From Longimicrobiales bacterium (GTDB lineage Bacteria; Gemmatimonadota; Gemmatimonadetes; Longimicrobiales; Gaopeijiaceae): DNA of 64,000 nucleotides. The translations under genes were made by a program, and so were the position numbers. Under the pieces are notes generated by a model, which ran no database searches, had not been told where the DNA came from, and was given only the letters and a program-made list of their open reading frames with translations. The DNA is taken from positions 124,001 to 188,000 of the forward strand of contig OY730414.1 in NCBI GenBank assembly GCA_963422615.1, written 5' to 3'. This document shows positions 28,665-37,843 of this stretch, in pieces (within the stretch, counting starts at the first letter, position 1; every line of letters starts with the position of its first letter).

Positions 28665-31600
28665 ATGGGCTCACAGAACCCTGATGGGCTTGCAAAACCG
28701 AATGCTTTCGACGGAAACGAGAGCGTTCTCAAGCTTGCGAAGCGTTCTCCCGGCTTTGACAGCCTCCGGGGCTACCGCGGGGAGAACGCTGCCGCCGGAA
28801 TCATTCGGCTGGGAGAGGCGGCGGCTCGGGAAGGAAGAAACGCGCTCCTGGAAGCGCTGGAAACTCCCGGGGGTCGTGTGTTTTTCTCCTTCCTGTTCGG
28901 GAACAGTCCGTTCCTGGGCCGACTCCTACTGCGAGATACAGAGTTCACCCAGTCGTTGATGGAGGAGCCCCCGGGCGTACTCGTCCAACGGGTCCGGAGC
29001 AGCCTGTCCGACGGGGACCCGGAGATGGAGCGGGACCAACTGATGAGGTTCTTGCGGGTACAGCGAAACCGGGTGGCCCTCCTCGCCGCGGTCTACGACT
29101 GCTTCTCCATCGCCGGCGTCATGGAGTGCGCCAGACTACTATCGGATATGGCCGACCATGCCGTTCGCCTGGCCGTATCCCACTTGCTTGGGGACCGGGT
29201 GAAGCGGGGGGAATTGGACCTTCCAGAGGAGGGGGAGCCCGGCAGCGGCCTGCGAAGCTGGGGGTATTTCGTCCTCGCCATGGGCAAGCACGGGTCCCGG
29301 GAGCTGAATTATTCCTCCGACATCGACCTCATCGTCCTCTACGATCCGGAATTCGTCCGCTACACGGGAAGAAGAACGCTTCGCGACTGTTTCGTCCGGG
29401 TAACGCGAGATTTGGTCCGCATCCTCCAGGCCCGAACCGGTCACGGCTACGTCTTTCGAACCGACCTGCGCCTCCGGCCCGACGCGTCCTCCACACCGCC
29501 CGCCATCACTACCGATTTCGCTCTGGACTACTATGGCCGTTTCGGACGCACCTGGGAGCGGGCGGCACTCATCAAGGCCCGGCCAGTCGCCGGCGACATC
29601 CGAGCGGGTGCCAAGTTCATGGAACGGGTATCCTCGTTCATTTGGGATGAGGGCCTCGACTTTACGTCCGTTGAGGAAATTCGGTCCATGAGCCAACAGA
29701 TTCACGACTTCCATGGCCACGGGGCGGTTCGCGCCCCCGGTCACAACGTGAAACTGGGCCGGGGAGGCATTCGGGAAATCGAATTCTTCGTCCACATGCA
29801 CCAGTTGGCCCACGGGGGCCGCAACCGTCGACTACGCGGTCCTGGGCTTCTCGCCATGCTGGAAACCCTGGAGCGCGAACACCATATCCTGCCCCGGGAA
29901 ACCGCCACTCTGCGAGACGCATACCTTTTGCTACGGCGGGTCGAACACCGCCTGCAGATGGTGAACGACGACCAAGTCCAGAAGCTCCCGCAGACCCTGG
30001 AGGGCCTGGAGCACATCACAACCTTCTTGGGCCTCCCGTCTCCAGACGTGCTCACCGGGCTGATCGAGAACGCCGCCCGGGAGGTTCACGCCCTTTACCG
30101 CACTCGCTTCAACGTTCCCGAAAGCGACCTGGACATCAGCGTGGCCGTTCTGGACGGACCGGAGGGGAGTCCCGACGCCGTAAAGATGCTCGAGGCGGCA
30201 GGGTTTGCCCGTCCGCTCACGGCCATCGAGATCTATAGACGGTGGGCGGAAGGCGGCTACGATTCGACGCGTTCGAAACGGGCCCGCGCCACGATTCGGG
30301 AGATCTTGCACGAAATCATCGCCGCCTTGGGGAAAACACCCGACCCGGATCGCGCCCTGGTTCGCATGGACAAGTTCCTCGAGACGCTTCCCCAGGACGT
30401 TTCCCTTTTTTCCATGCTCAGGGCAAACACCTGGCTCCTCAACCTCATCGCCGTGGTGATGGGCAGCGCCCCGCGCCTCGCCGACACCCTGGGTGGCAAC
30501 CCCCGGCTCCTCCAAGCCGTTCTGGATCCGTCGTTCTTCCTGCCGGCGCCGGATCGGGATTCACTGACCCGGGAGCTCCGGGAGCGTCTGGAAGGGGAAC
30601 GAGACGTCGGCAGACGCACAGAATACGTGACGGAATGGGCAGACGAACGGCGCTTCCAAGCGGGCGTTCAGACCTTGCAGAATTTGGTGACCGTGGACGA
30701 AGCATCCACTTTTCTTACCCACATTGCAGATGTCACCATCGAGACGCTGCTCCAAGACGTGACCGCCGAAATGCACAAGACCCACGGCGTCGTGCCGGAA
30801 GGAGGATGTGCGATCGTGGGGTTGGGCAAGCTCGGGGCCTGCGAAATGACGTTCGAGTCGGACCTGGACCTCATTTTCGTGGCAGCTGTCCCGAACGAGG
30901 AAGAGAAAACGACAGGGACTCGGCCCATCGGTATTCGGCGCTTCCATACGCGGGTCGCCCAGCGGCTCATCGCCGCCCTTAGGCGTCGGTCGGCCTCCGG
31001 CATACTTTGCGAAGTGGACATGCGCTTACGTCCCTTCGGCGAAAGCGGACCTCTGGTGACGACCCTCTCGGCATTCCGGGATTACCACGCCAGTTCTGCA
31101 TGGACTTGGGAGCACATGTCCCTGACCCGCGCCAGATTGGTTTGCGGACACCCAGCCACGGCCCGCGCCGTCGCCTCGGAGATCCAAAGTATTCTCACCC
31201 GCCTCCGGGATCCCGAGCGCCTCCTCAAGAACGTAAGCCGGATGCGCAGCCGGCTCGCTGCCGAGTATTCGTCGGACGATCCATTCGAACTGAAGCACGT
31301 GCGGGGCGGGCTTGTGGACTTGGAGTTCATGGCCCAGTATTTTCAGTTGCTCCATGCCCACGAATCTCCAGGTGTACTGGTCGGGGGAACCGCTCCGGGT
31401 TTCGATGCCCTCGCCACCGCGAGCGTCCTTGAGGAAGGGGACGCGCGTTTTCTCGCCGGGGCGGTTCGGATGCAGCGTTCCATTCAAGCAATTCTCAGGC
31501 TGGCATGGAGCAAAAGCGTTCCTGTGCACCAAGCCCCAGAAGCCCTTCGGAGCAAGCTGGCAGTCGCTCTTGAATGCGAAGATTTCGACGAGCTGGCGTT

Positions 31601-31670
31601 GAAGCTTCGGGATACACAGGCCAGGGTTTTCTCCGCCTTTCGGCATTATATCGGCCGGGAGGCTCGGTGA
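28665..31670 (+). CDS. glnE: Bifunctional GS adenylyltransferase/adenylyl-removing enzyme
   Basis: Two nucleotidyltransferase domains: MGKHGSRELNYSSDIDL..DLRLRP..KLGRGGIREIEF and GKLGACEMTFESDLDL..DMRLRP..KHVRGGLVDLEF. Confidence 0.96.
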   Translation: MGSQNPDGLAKPNAFDGNESVLKLAKRSPGFDSLRGYRGENAAAGIIRLGEAAAREGRNALLEALETPGGRVFFSFLFGNSPFLGRLLLRDTEFTQSLMEEPPGVLVQRVRSSLSDGDPEMERDQLMRFLRVQRNRVALLAAVYDCFSIAGVMECARLLSDMADHAVRLAVSHLLGDRVKRGELDLPEEGEPGSGLRSWGYFVLAMGKHGSRELNYSSDIDLIVLYDPEFVRYTGRRTLRDCFVRVTRDLVRILQARTGHGYVFRTDLRLRPDASSTPPAITTDFALDYYGRFGRTWERAALIKARPVAGDIRAGAKFMERVSSFIWDEGLDFTSVEEIRSMSQQIHDFHGHGAVRAPGHNVKLGRGGIREIEFFVHMHQLAHGGRNRRLRGPGLLAMLETLEREHHILPRETATLRDAYLLLRRVEHRLQMVNDDQVQKLPQTLEGLEHITTFLGLPSPDVLTGLIENAAREVHALYRTRFNVPESDLDISVAVLDGPEGSPDAVKMLEAAGFARPLTAIEIYRRWAEGGYDSTRSKRARATIREILHEIIAALGKTPDPDRALVRMDKFLETLPQDVSLFSMLRANTWLLNLIAVVMGSAPRLADTLGGNPRLLQAVLDPSFFLPAPDRDSLTRELRERLEGERDVGRRTEYVTEWADERRFQAGVQTLQNLVTVDEASTFLTHIADVTIETLLQDVTAEMHKTHGVVPEGGCAIVGLGKLGACEMTFESDLDLIFVAAVPNEEEKTTGTRPIGIRRFHTRVAQRLIAALRRRSASGILCEVDMRLRPFGESGPLVTTLSAFRDYHASSAWTWEHMSLTRARLVCGHPATARAVASEIQSILTRLRDPERLLKNVSRMRSRLAAEYSSDDPFELKHVRGGLVDLEFMAQYFQLLHAHESPGVLVGGTAPGFDALATASVLEEGDARFLAGAVRMQRSIQAILRLAWSKSVPVHQAPEALRSKLAVALECEDFDELALKLRDTQARVFSAFRHYIGREAR

Positions 31671-32134
31671 AGCAGTTTTCCCGATCGGGAAGAATGACGG
31701 ACGTGGACGTCGGCATGGAAGTTGATGTAGCAATCAAGGCCGACGAGCCAAGGAGAGTCGCCAAGTTGTTGCAACGTTTTGGACAAGAAAACGAGTTGTC
31801 TTCGAAAATGCTTGGCCGCTTCGAATTGGCCCTGGACGAGGTGTTGACCAACGTGATAACCCACGCGTTTCCGGACGATGCCGTGGAACCTTCGATCCGC
31901 GTGGCCTTACACTTGAACGATTCGAGGCTGAAGGTCCGCATCGTGGACAATGGACCACCGTTCGACCCTTTGCAAGACGCCCCGGCACCCGACCTGAGTC
32001 TCTCCGCCGAAGACCGTCCCGTCGGCGGCCTGGGTATTCATCTAGCTCGGGCATTCGTTCACACTCTGGAGTACGAGCGTGTGGAGGGGTGCAATTGCCT
32101 GACCCTCGTGCAACCCCTGGAGACACAACCGTAA
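31667..32134 (+). CDS. RsbW/SpoIIAB-like anti-sigma serine kinase (HATPase_c_2)
   Basis: ELALDEVLTNVITHA, DNGPPFDP, GGLGIHL; GTG overlaps glnE stop (alternative ATG 31694). Confidence 0.92.
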   Translation: MKQFSRSGRMTDVDVGMEVDVAIKADEPRRVAKLLQRFGQENELSSKMLGRFELALDEVLTNVITHAFPDDAVEPSIRVALHLNDSRLKVRIVDNGPPFDPLQDAPAPDLSLSAEDRPVGGLGIHLARAFVHTLEYERVEGCNCLTLVQPLETQP

Positions 32135-32148
32135 AGGACACGGTATCC

Positions 32149-32493
32149 ATGACCATGAACGTCACAACGAAATACGCTGGAAGCACGGCGGTCGTCGCCG
32201 TGAACGGCCGCATCGATTCCGCCAACGCAAAGGACTTCGACCAGAAACTGAGTGAAGTCATTGACCGGGGCGGGAGCCGTTTGGTAATTGATTGCGGCGA
32301 TCTCACCTACATCAGCAGTGCGGGCCTGAGGGCCATTCTCCTTGCCATCAAAAGAACCAATGCAGCGGGTGGAGGCATGGCCATGTGCCGAACTCCCGAC
32401 CACATTCGCGAAGTCCTGGAGGTGAGTGGCTTCACGCGTCTAATCCAGGTCTATGAAACGGTAGAAGACGCGGAGGCCGGCTTCTCGGGGTAG
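32149..32493 (+). CDS. STAS anti-anti-sigma factor (RsbV/SpoIIAA-like)
   Basis: GRIDSANA, YISSAGLRAIL phospho-Ser motif, VLEVSGF. Confidence 0.94.
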   Translation: MTMNVTTKYAGSTAVVAVNGRIDSANAKDFDQKLSEVIDRGGSRLVIDCGDLTYISSAGLRAILLAIKRTNAAGGGMAMCRTPDHIREVLEVSGFTRLIQVYETVEDAEAGFSG

Positions 32494-32773
32494 CGAATCC
32501 GTTTCTCCGCCTCTACCGGCCCTCCTCCGCCATTAGCTACCCGCAGGGTGGCGGCGGCAGGGTCATGACGGCGGCCGTCCCGTTCTGCCGCGTACAGCAA
32601 ATCCGACCGCGGTGGCGACCCCCGCTGCCCACCGGGCACGAAGGCGGACTTTTTTTGGCAGGAGGTTTTCTCCCCTCTTCGCCAATCCGTAACGGGGCGT
32701 TCTACCCTTTTATGTACCCGTCAGAGCGGTGCTCCCCGGGGGGTCCAGGATCGGCCGAGCAGGGAGCTTCTAC

Positions 32774-33835
32774 TCAGAAGAACGTGAACGCCTGGACCTT
32801 GAAGGACCACTCGGTACGGTCGTCCCGGAACGGGAGGACATCCAGATTGAACGAGATCCCGTTTCGGCCCTGGGCGTAGACCATGAAGCCGGGCGTGACC
32901 ACGAGTTCGTTCACGTCCCTTTCTTCATGGTCTCGGGTGCCCGCCCAACTCAGACGCAACAACGGCTCGATGGCTTCAAAACGCCTTTCCTCCGCAAGAG
33001 GAACATACCAGAAGCCCATGGCCTGAAACGCCGAGAAGCCGATATCGTCGTCCACCTTCCAGTTCCGTCCCGCCAGAACATTCATGATGAGGTGGGGACC
33101 CTGGCGCCATGTGCCCGTCTCGAACTCCACCCCGTACGCCGGCGTCCACAGCGTCTTGTCTTCGGCGCCCAGGGTTTCGTCCATCGCAGCGTATGCGGAT
33201 ACGCGGCCGTCTCCCGCGAAGTGGTAGGACAGCCGACCCGACGCCGACTTGCCGTCGTTGACGTCCTTTTTGCTGATGCCTTCGCCGTTGGTAAGGGTGA
33301 CCCTGTACCCCCAGTGGCCGGCAACGCGCCCCGTCGCCAGCAGGCCGGGTTCGTACCCGTCCAGGCCAAGGGCCGCGGTAAGGCGCCCGAAAGAACACAC
33401 GCCGCCCACGCCCGGACAGTCGTTCACCCCCGGGACCCGGGCGTCTCGCTCAATGACCGGCAAGTCGGAGTTGGCCGCCAACCAGAAGTACGAGACGCCG
33501 CGCTTGAACTGGCCGATCTGTAGCTCGAAGGACTCCGACGGCGCAAGCGAAAGGTACGCTTCCAGGGCCGTAGCCCCCTGTGCGTCAAACTGGAGGCGCC
33601 CCCTCACAAAATCGTTGAGCGATCCGTCGATCGTGACCCACGCCCTCCGGATGAAGAAGGAGGAAGGAGCATCTTCAAGGCTGGATGACGCCTCGTATTG
33701 GGCCTGAACCCTCGCGCCCAGCGTGACGCTAGATCCGCTACGCGAACTGAATTGTTGAGCGTCCAACGGAACACCGGAGACGCTTGCGGCAACCACCAAA
33801 GTGGAAACCGTCCATCGGGAGGTCCGGATCGTCAT
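32774..33835 (-). CDS. Outer-membrane porin, OprO/OprP-like
   Basis: GGAGG RBS, signal peptide, FFIRRAWV, GQFKR motifs, C-terminal Phe. Confidence 0.8.
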   Translation of the reverse strand: MTIRTSRWTVSTLVVAASVSGVPLDAQQFSSRSGSSVTLGARVQAQYEASSSLEDAPSSFFIRRAWVTIDGSLNDFVRGRLQFDAQGATALEAYLSLAPSESFELQIGQFKRGVSYFWLAANSDLPVIERDARVPGVNDCPGVGGVCSFGRLTAALGLDGYEPGLLATGRVAGHWGYRVTLTNGEGISKKDVNDGKSASGRLSYHFAGDGRVSAYAAMDETLGAEDKTLWTPAYGVEFETGTWRQGPHLIMNVLAGRNWKVDDDIGFSAFQAMGFWYVPLAEERRFEAIEPLLRLSWAGTRDHEERDVNELVVTPGFMVYAQGRNGISFNLDVLPFRDDRTEWSFKVQAFTFF

Positions 33836-34114
33836 TCTGGGAGTCCTCCAAGGGATTTTCGGACGGATGTTTTGGAACTCGCGTTCCCCGGCGGGGGGGA
33901 AGGCGTCCATTGTTCCGATGAGTTCCCACCGGACCACCTAGCCCCGGGGAGCATCGAATGGGTAACATCACCTCAAGGGACTTTGCAAATCACGTCCGGG
34001 CCGAAACGGCCGGCCTGGACATGCCGGTGCCCTTGGGTACATCTTCGGTCATTCGTAAAGAACACATGAGTGATCTGTTCGTGATCTTGCCAACCCTGGA
34101 GAACGGAGTCCGGA

Positions 34115-35539
34115 ATGAATGGAGACAAAACAGGTACCCACGGCCACGGGGGCATTCTACGCCGCGTGTTTGTAGCCGGGGTCCTCTTGGCGGCAGTGGG
34201 CCTCTTCGGATCGCCCATTTCAGGTATCGCGCAGACGAACGAGACGGATTTCGTATTGAACACGTTTTCGTTCCTGATTTGGGGAGCCCTCGTCATGTGG
34301 ATGTGCGCGGGCTTCACCATGCTCGAATCCGGTTCGGTGCGGTCCAAAAACGCCTCCGTGATTTGTCTCAAGAACATCGGCCTCTACGCCATCGCGGGCC
34401 TCACCTTCTACATCATCGGCTACAACCTGATGTATGTGGATGTGGGCAAATGGATCGGCTCCATCGATCTGTTTTTCGGCATTTCCGAGGCTGAAATCGC
34501 GCTCCTGGATGCCGCGGCCGGGTCGGCCGCAGCGGAAACAGCCGTGGCGGCCGTGGCCGAAAACGGCGCCTCCGCCATGTCCACTTGGTTCTTTCAGATG
34601 GTCTTCGTAGCGACCACCGCGTCAATTGTCTCGGGCGCCCTGGCCGAACGGATCAAACTCTGGTCGTTCTTCGCCTTTACCGTCGTGCTGACGGCGATCA
34701 TCTACCCCGTCGTGGGGGCGTGGACGTGGGGCGGGGGGTGGCTCGCGCAAATGGGCTTCCAGGACTTCGCGGGCTCCACGATCGTGCACTCGACCGGAGG
34801 ATGGGCCGCCCTCGCCGGTATTCTCGTCGTCGGCCCGAGGTGGGGGAAATTTCACCGTGACGGATCGGTCAAGGTGACCCCGCCTTCCAACATTCCGGCC
34901 GTTACCCTGGGGGTCTTCATCCTTTGGCTCGGATGGTTCGGCTTCAACGGTGGCTCCGTGCTGGCCCTGGGAGGCGCGCTCAACGCCGTGACGATGAGCA
35001 ACGTGCTGGTCAACACCAACCTGGCAGCCGCCGCCGGCGTCATCACCGCCCTGCTGGTTTCGCGGCCGATCCTGGGCAGAATCGACCTTTTCGCGGCGCT
35101 GAACGGTGCGATCGCCGGTCTGGTAGCGATTACCGCAGGGCCCGACATCGTGGACGGGCGCTGGGCAATCGTGATCGGGGCCGTGGGCGCGGCCATCTGT
35201 ACCTGCGGCTTGAAGTTCCTGGAGTCCAAACGGCTGGACGATGTGGTCGGGGCGGTCCCCGCCCACCTGTTCGCGGGGATTTGGGGGACGCTGGCCGTCT
35301 GCATCGCCGGCGGGGCGAACTTGGGCGTTCAGCTCGTGGGCGTACTGGCCGTGGGCTTCTTCACATTTTCGCTTTCCTGGATCACTTGGGCCGTGCTGGC
35401 CAGAACCATGGGAGTGCGGGTCTCTCGCAGGATCCAACAGCTCGGTCAAGACGCAGCCGAGTTGGGCATTGACGCATACCCCGAGTTCGTTCTCATGGTT
35501 GATCCGGACGAGGACGATGACTATCGTGACAAAGACTGA
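34115..35539 (+). CDS. amtB: Ammonium transporter
   Basis: FFQMVF..SGALAER, DFAGSTIVH, GWFGFNGGS, DDVVGAVPAH; twin His retained. Confidence 0.96.
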   Translation: MNGDKTGTHGHGGILRRVFVAGVLLAAVGLFGSPISGIAQTNETDFVLNTFSFLIWGALVMWMCAGFTMLESGSVRSKNASVICLKNIGLYAIAGLTFYIIGYNLMYVDVGKWIGSIDLFFGISEAEIALLDAAAGSAAAETAVAAVAENGASAMSTWFFQMVFVATTASIVSGALAERIKLWSFFAFTVVLTAIIYPVVGAWTWGGGWLAQMGFQDFAGSTIVHSTGGWAALAGILVVGPRWGKFHRDGSVKVTPPSNIPAVTLGVFILWLGWFGFNGGSVLALGGALNAVTMSNVLVNTNLAAAAGVITALLVSRPILGRIDLFAALNGAIAGLVAITAGPDIVDGRWAIVIGAVGAAICTCGLKFLESKRLDDVVGAVPAHLFAGIWGTLAVCIAGGANLGVQLVGVLAVGFFTFSLSWITWAVLARTMGVRVSRRIQQLGQDAAELGIDAYPEFVLMVDPDEDDDYRDKD

Positions 35540-35652
35540 ACCCCAGGATTTTCCGACATCCCTCCGATCCGGGGCGTCCCTGGGGACCCCCGCGATTCCA
35601 CCTGGGGTACGTGCGCAATCATTTCTCCTAGAAACCAGAAAGGCCAACCTAC

Positions 35653-36414
35653 ATGAAGCTTGACATTCGCCATGCGGGGCCCTTCGCAACGTTCGCGATG
35701 CTGGGGATTCTCGTCGCCCCCGCTTCGGCCCAAGTCTCCATCGGCGCCGATATCGTGAGTCGCTACGTCTGGCGCGGCACCGACTTCGGGGAATCCATGT
35801 CCATACAGCCCGCCCTCACCTTTGCCAAGGGCGGGTTCGAGGCGGGTGCCTGGGCGTCTTACGCCGTGTCTCCCGAGGCAGCCGGGGCCAACGAAAGCGA
35901 CCTGTGGTTCGCATACACCATCGAGACCTCTTCGGGGACGATCTCCGCAGGCATGGTGGACTACTACTTCCCGGCTCCGGATGCTGCCGAATTCTTCACC
36001 ACGGATGCGCACACTTTTGAGCCATACGTCAACTACACGGGTCCGGAAGCGTTCCCGGTCAAGCTCTTCGCCGGCGTTGCTTACGCGCCCGGCGGCGGCG
36101 ATGACGATGACCACGATCACAAAGATGACCATGATCATGACGACCACGCCAAAGACCGGGAGGCGTCCCTGTACCTGGAAGGCAGCATCCCCTTTTCGGT
36201 CGGGGACACGGAGCTAAATATCCACGCGGGCGCCGTCCCGGGATCCAGCGACTTCTATGGCACGAATGGAAACGCCGTTGTCAACGTCGGAATCACAGCG
36301 ACCCAGCCGATCAACGTAACGGATTCCTTCATGCTGCCGGTAAGCGTGGCCTACATACTCAACCCCTACACGGAACGGTCCTTCCTGGTTTTCGGCGTCA
36401 GCCTGTCTCCCTAG
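35653..36414 (+). CDS. TorF/TIGR02001-like outer-membrane beta-barrel with His/Asp-rich loop
   Basis: Signal peptide, ADIVSRYVWRG, SIQP, GAWAS, ESDL motifs. Confidence 0.8.
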   Translation: MKLDIRHAGPFATFAMLGILVAPASAQVSIGADIVSRYVWRGTDFGESMSIQPALTFAKGGFEAGAWASYAVSPEAAGANESDLWFAYTIETSSGTISAGMVDYYFPAPDAAEFFTTDAHTFEPYVNYTGPEAFPVKLFAGVAYAPGGGDDDDHDHKDDHDHDDHAKDREASLYLEGSIPFSVGDTELNIHAGAVPGSSDFYGTNGNAVVNVGITATQPINVTDSFMLPVSVAYILNPYTERSFLVFGVSLSP

Positions 36415-36586
36415 AGGCACCGGTGGCGATTGAACTGCTACGCTGAAGGCTTCTACGTCGCAGCCCGTGCTCTGCGGGGAACTCCTTGTGTTTGATCACC
36501 TCCGTACGCGACAAAAGATAAGCACCTGACTCAGTGACCTAGCGAAGTGATCTAGTGAATCGGGAACGACTCGTCTTCTACCTCAA

Positions 36587-37546
36587 TCAGTGCAATACCA
36601 TCCATTTTCTCGTGTTGCCATATGAGAAGCCTTCTTGGATCATGGTCGTCAAAACACCATTGGCGGCCGGATAGCCCTCCAATCCCCAGGCATTCACCAA
36701 TTCCCCTTGCGGCCCGTAGTGTTCAATTGAGCGGCCTTCTACATCATCCATGATGAGACCACCGAGCGTAATCACCCCACCGGACGGCAACACAGCGAAA
36801 TCTTGCATCGTATGGACTGTGTAGGGATGAATTCCCATAACTCCCAGGTCAATCGTCGGTGCGGCTGTATGCATGGCGGCCAAGTCATCGTGAACACACC
36901 GCTAAACGAGCCTACGAACCGAAGGCGCAGAGGCCCAAACGCTTGATGGCCCTAGAAAGCCCACATAGCCGGACTTGAGCCGCATTACCGGAAACGCACC
37001 GGCACCACGGGGAACCGGAAGTCCGAAATCTCGTGGGTACAGGAGTGTCCGCACTTCACCTTCCACGGTGATTTCGTGGACGCTTCCCGCACGATCCGCC
37101 AAGATGATCCTGCCTTGATCAAAGGTCGCATGGCGAGGAATGATGTCCAAGCGATGTTCTTCGCCGTCTTCGCCGAAGACAAGCATTGACGGCGGACTTC
37201 TGTCGAAAACCACAACTTGGCCAAGATCGGTCCGAATCATGGCCACGACATCCTCATACTCCAAAGGACCAGGGCCACGTCGGCCCCAGCGATGAACTTC
37301 CTCTAGGGCGTTATCCAGCTCCACTACCTGTCGGTCAAACCGGTCATAAACCAGCCATCCACTCGGTCGGCCTGTTCGGGATAGACGCTTGTGTTTTTCG
37401 CAACCACCCTTGTGTTCGGCGTTTGCCGTTCCAGTTCGCACTCCCGAGTGTATTCCTCCGGGGTCGACGCAAGGATCTGAGCCACGATGGAACCCGGAAC
37501 CACCAGGGCAAATGCCAACGCAATAAATACAACTTCGGGCGGTCAT
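36587..37546 (-). pseudogene. Decayed beta-propeller (6-bladed/NHL-like) exported protein gene
   Basis: WGRRGPGPLEY motif; frameshift near 37360; in-frame TAG at 36902-36904 followed by same-frame continuation to 36587. Confidence 0.6.
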
Positions 37547-37843
37547 TTCTCCCCACCTTCTACCCGTCGTGATGCATACCGGCTCGTCCAATGTTCCGCA
37601 CGAATAGCAAACATCGCGGGTACCCCCCCGTTGATCTACAGAGATCCTCCGTGGCTTGGTTCTGCCGGGGGTGTCAATCCCTAGCACCATATCCGATTCG
37701 GTGCCGGCGGCAGGGAGTCCCTCCACCGGCTCCCCTCGGGCTCCCCACCGGCGTTGAGCTTTCTTATCTGTCCGAATATGGGTAGGTTTTCCGGGTTTGC
37801 TCATCACGTATGTAAGCCAATCCTAAACGAAGGATCCGCCCAG

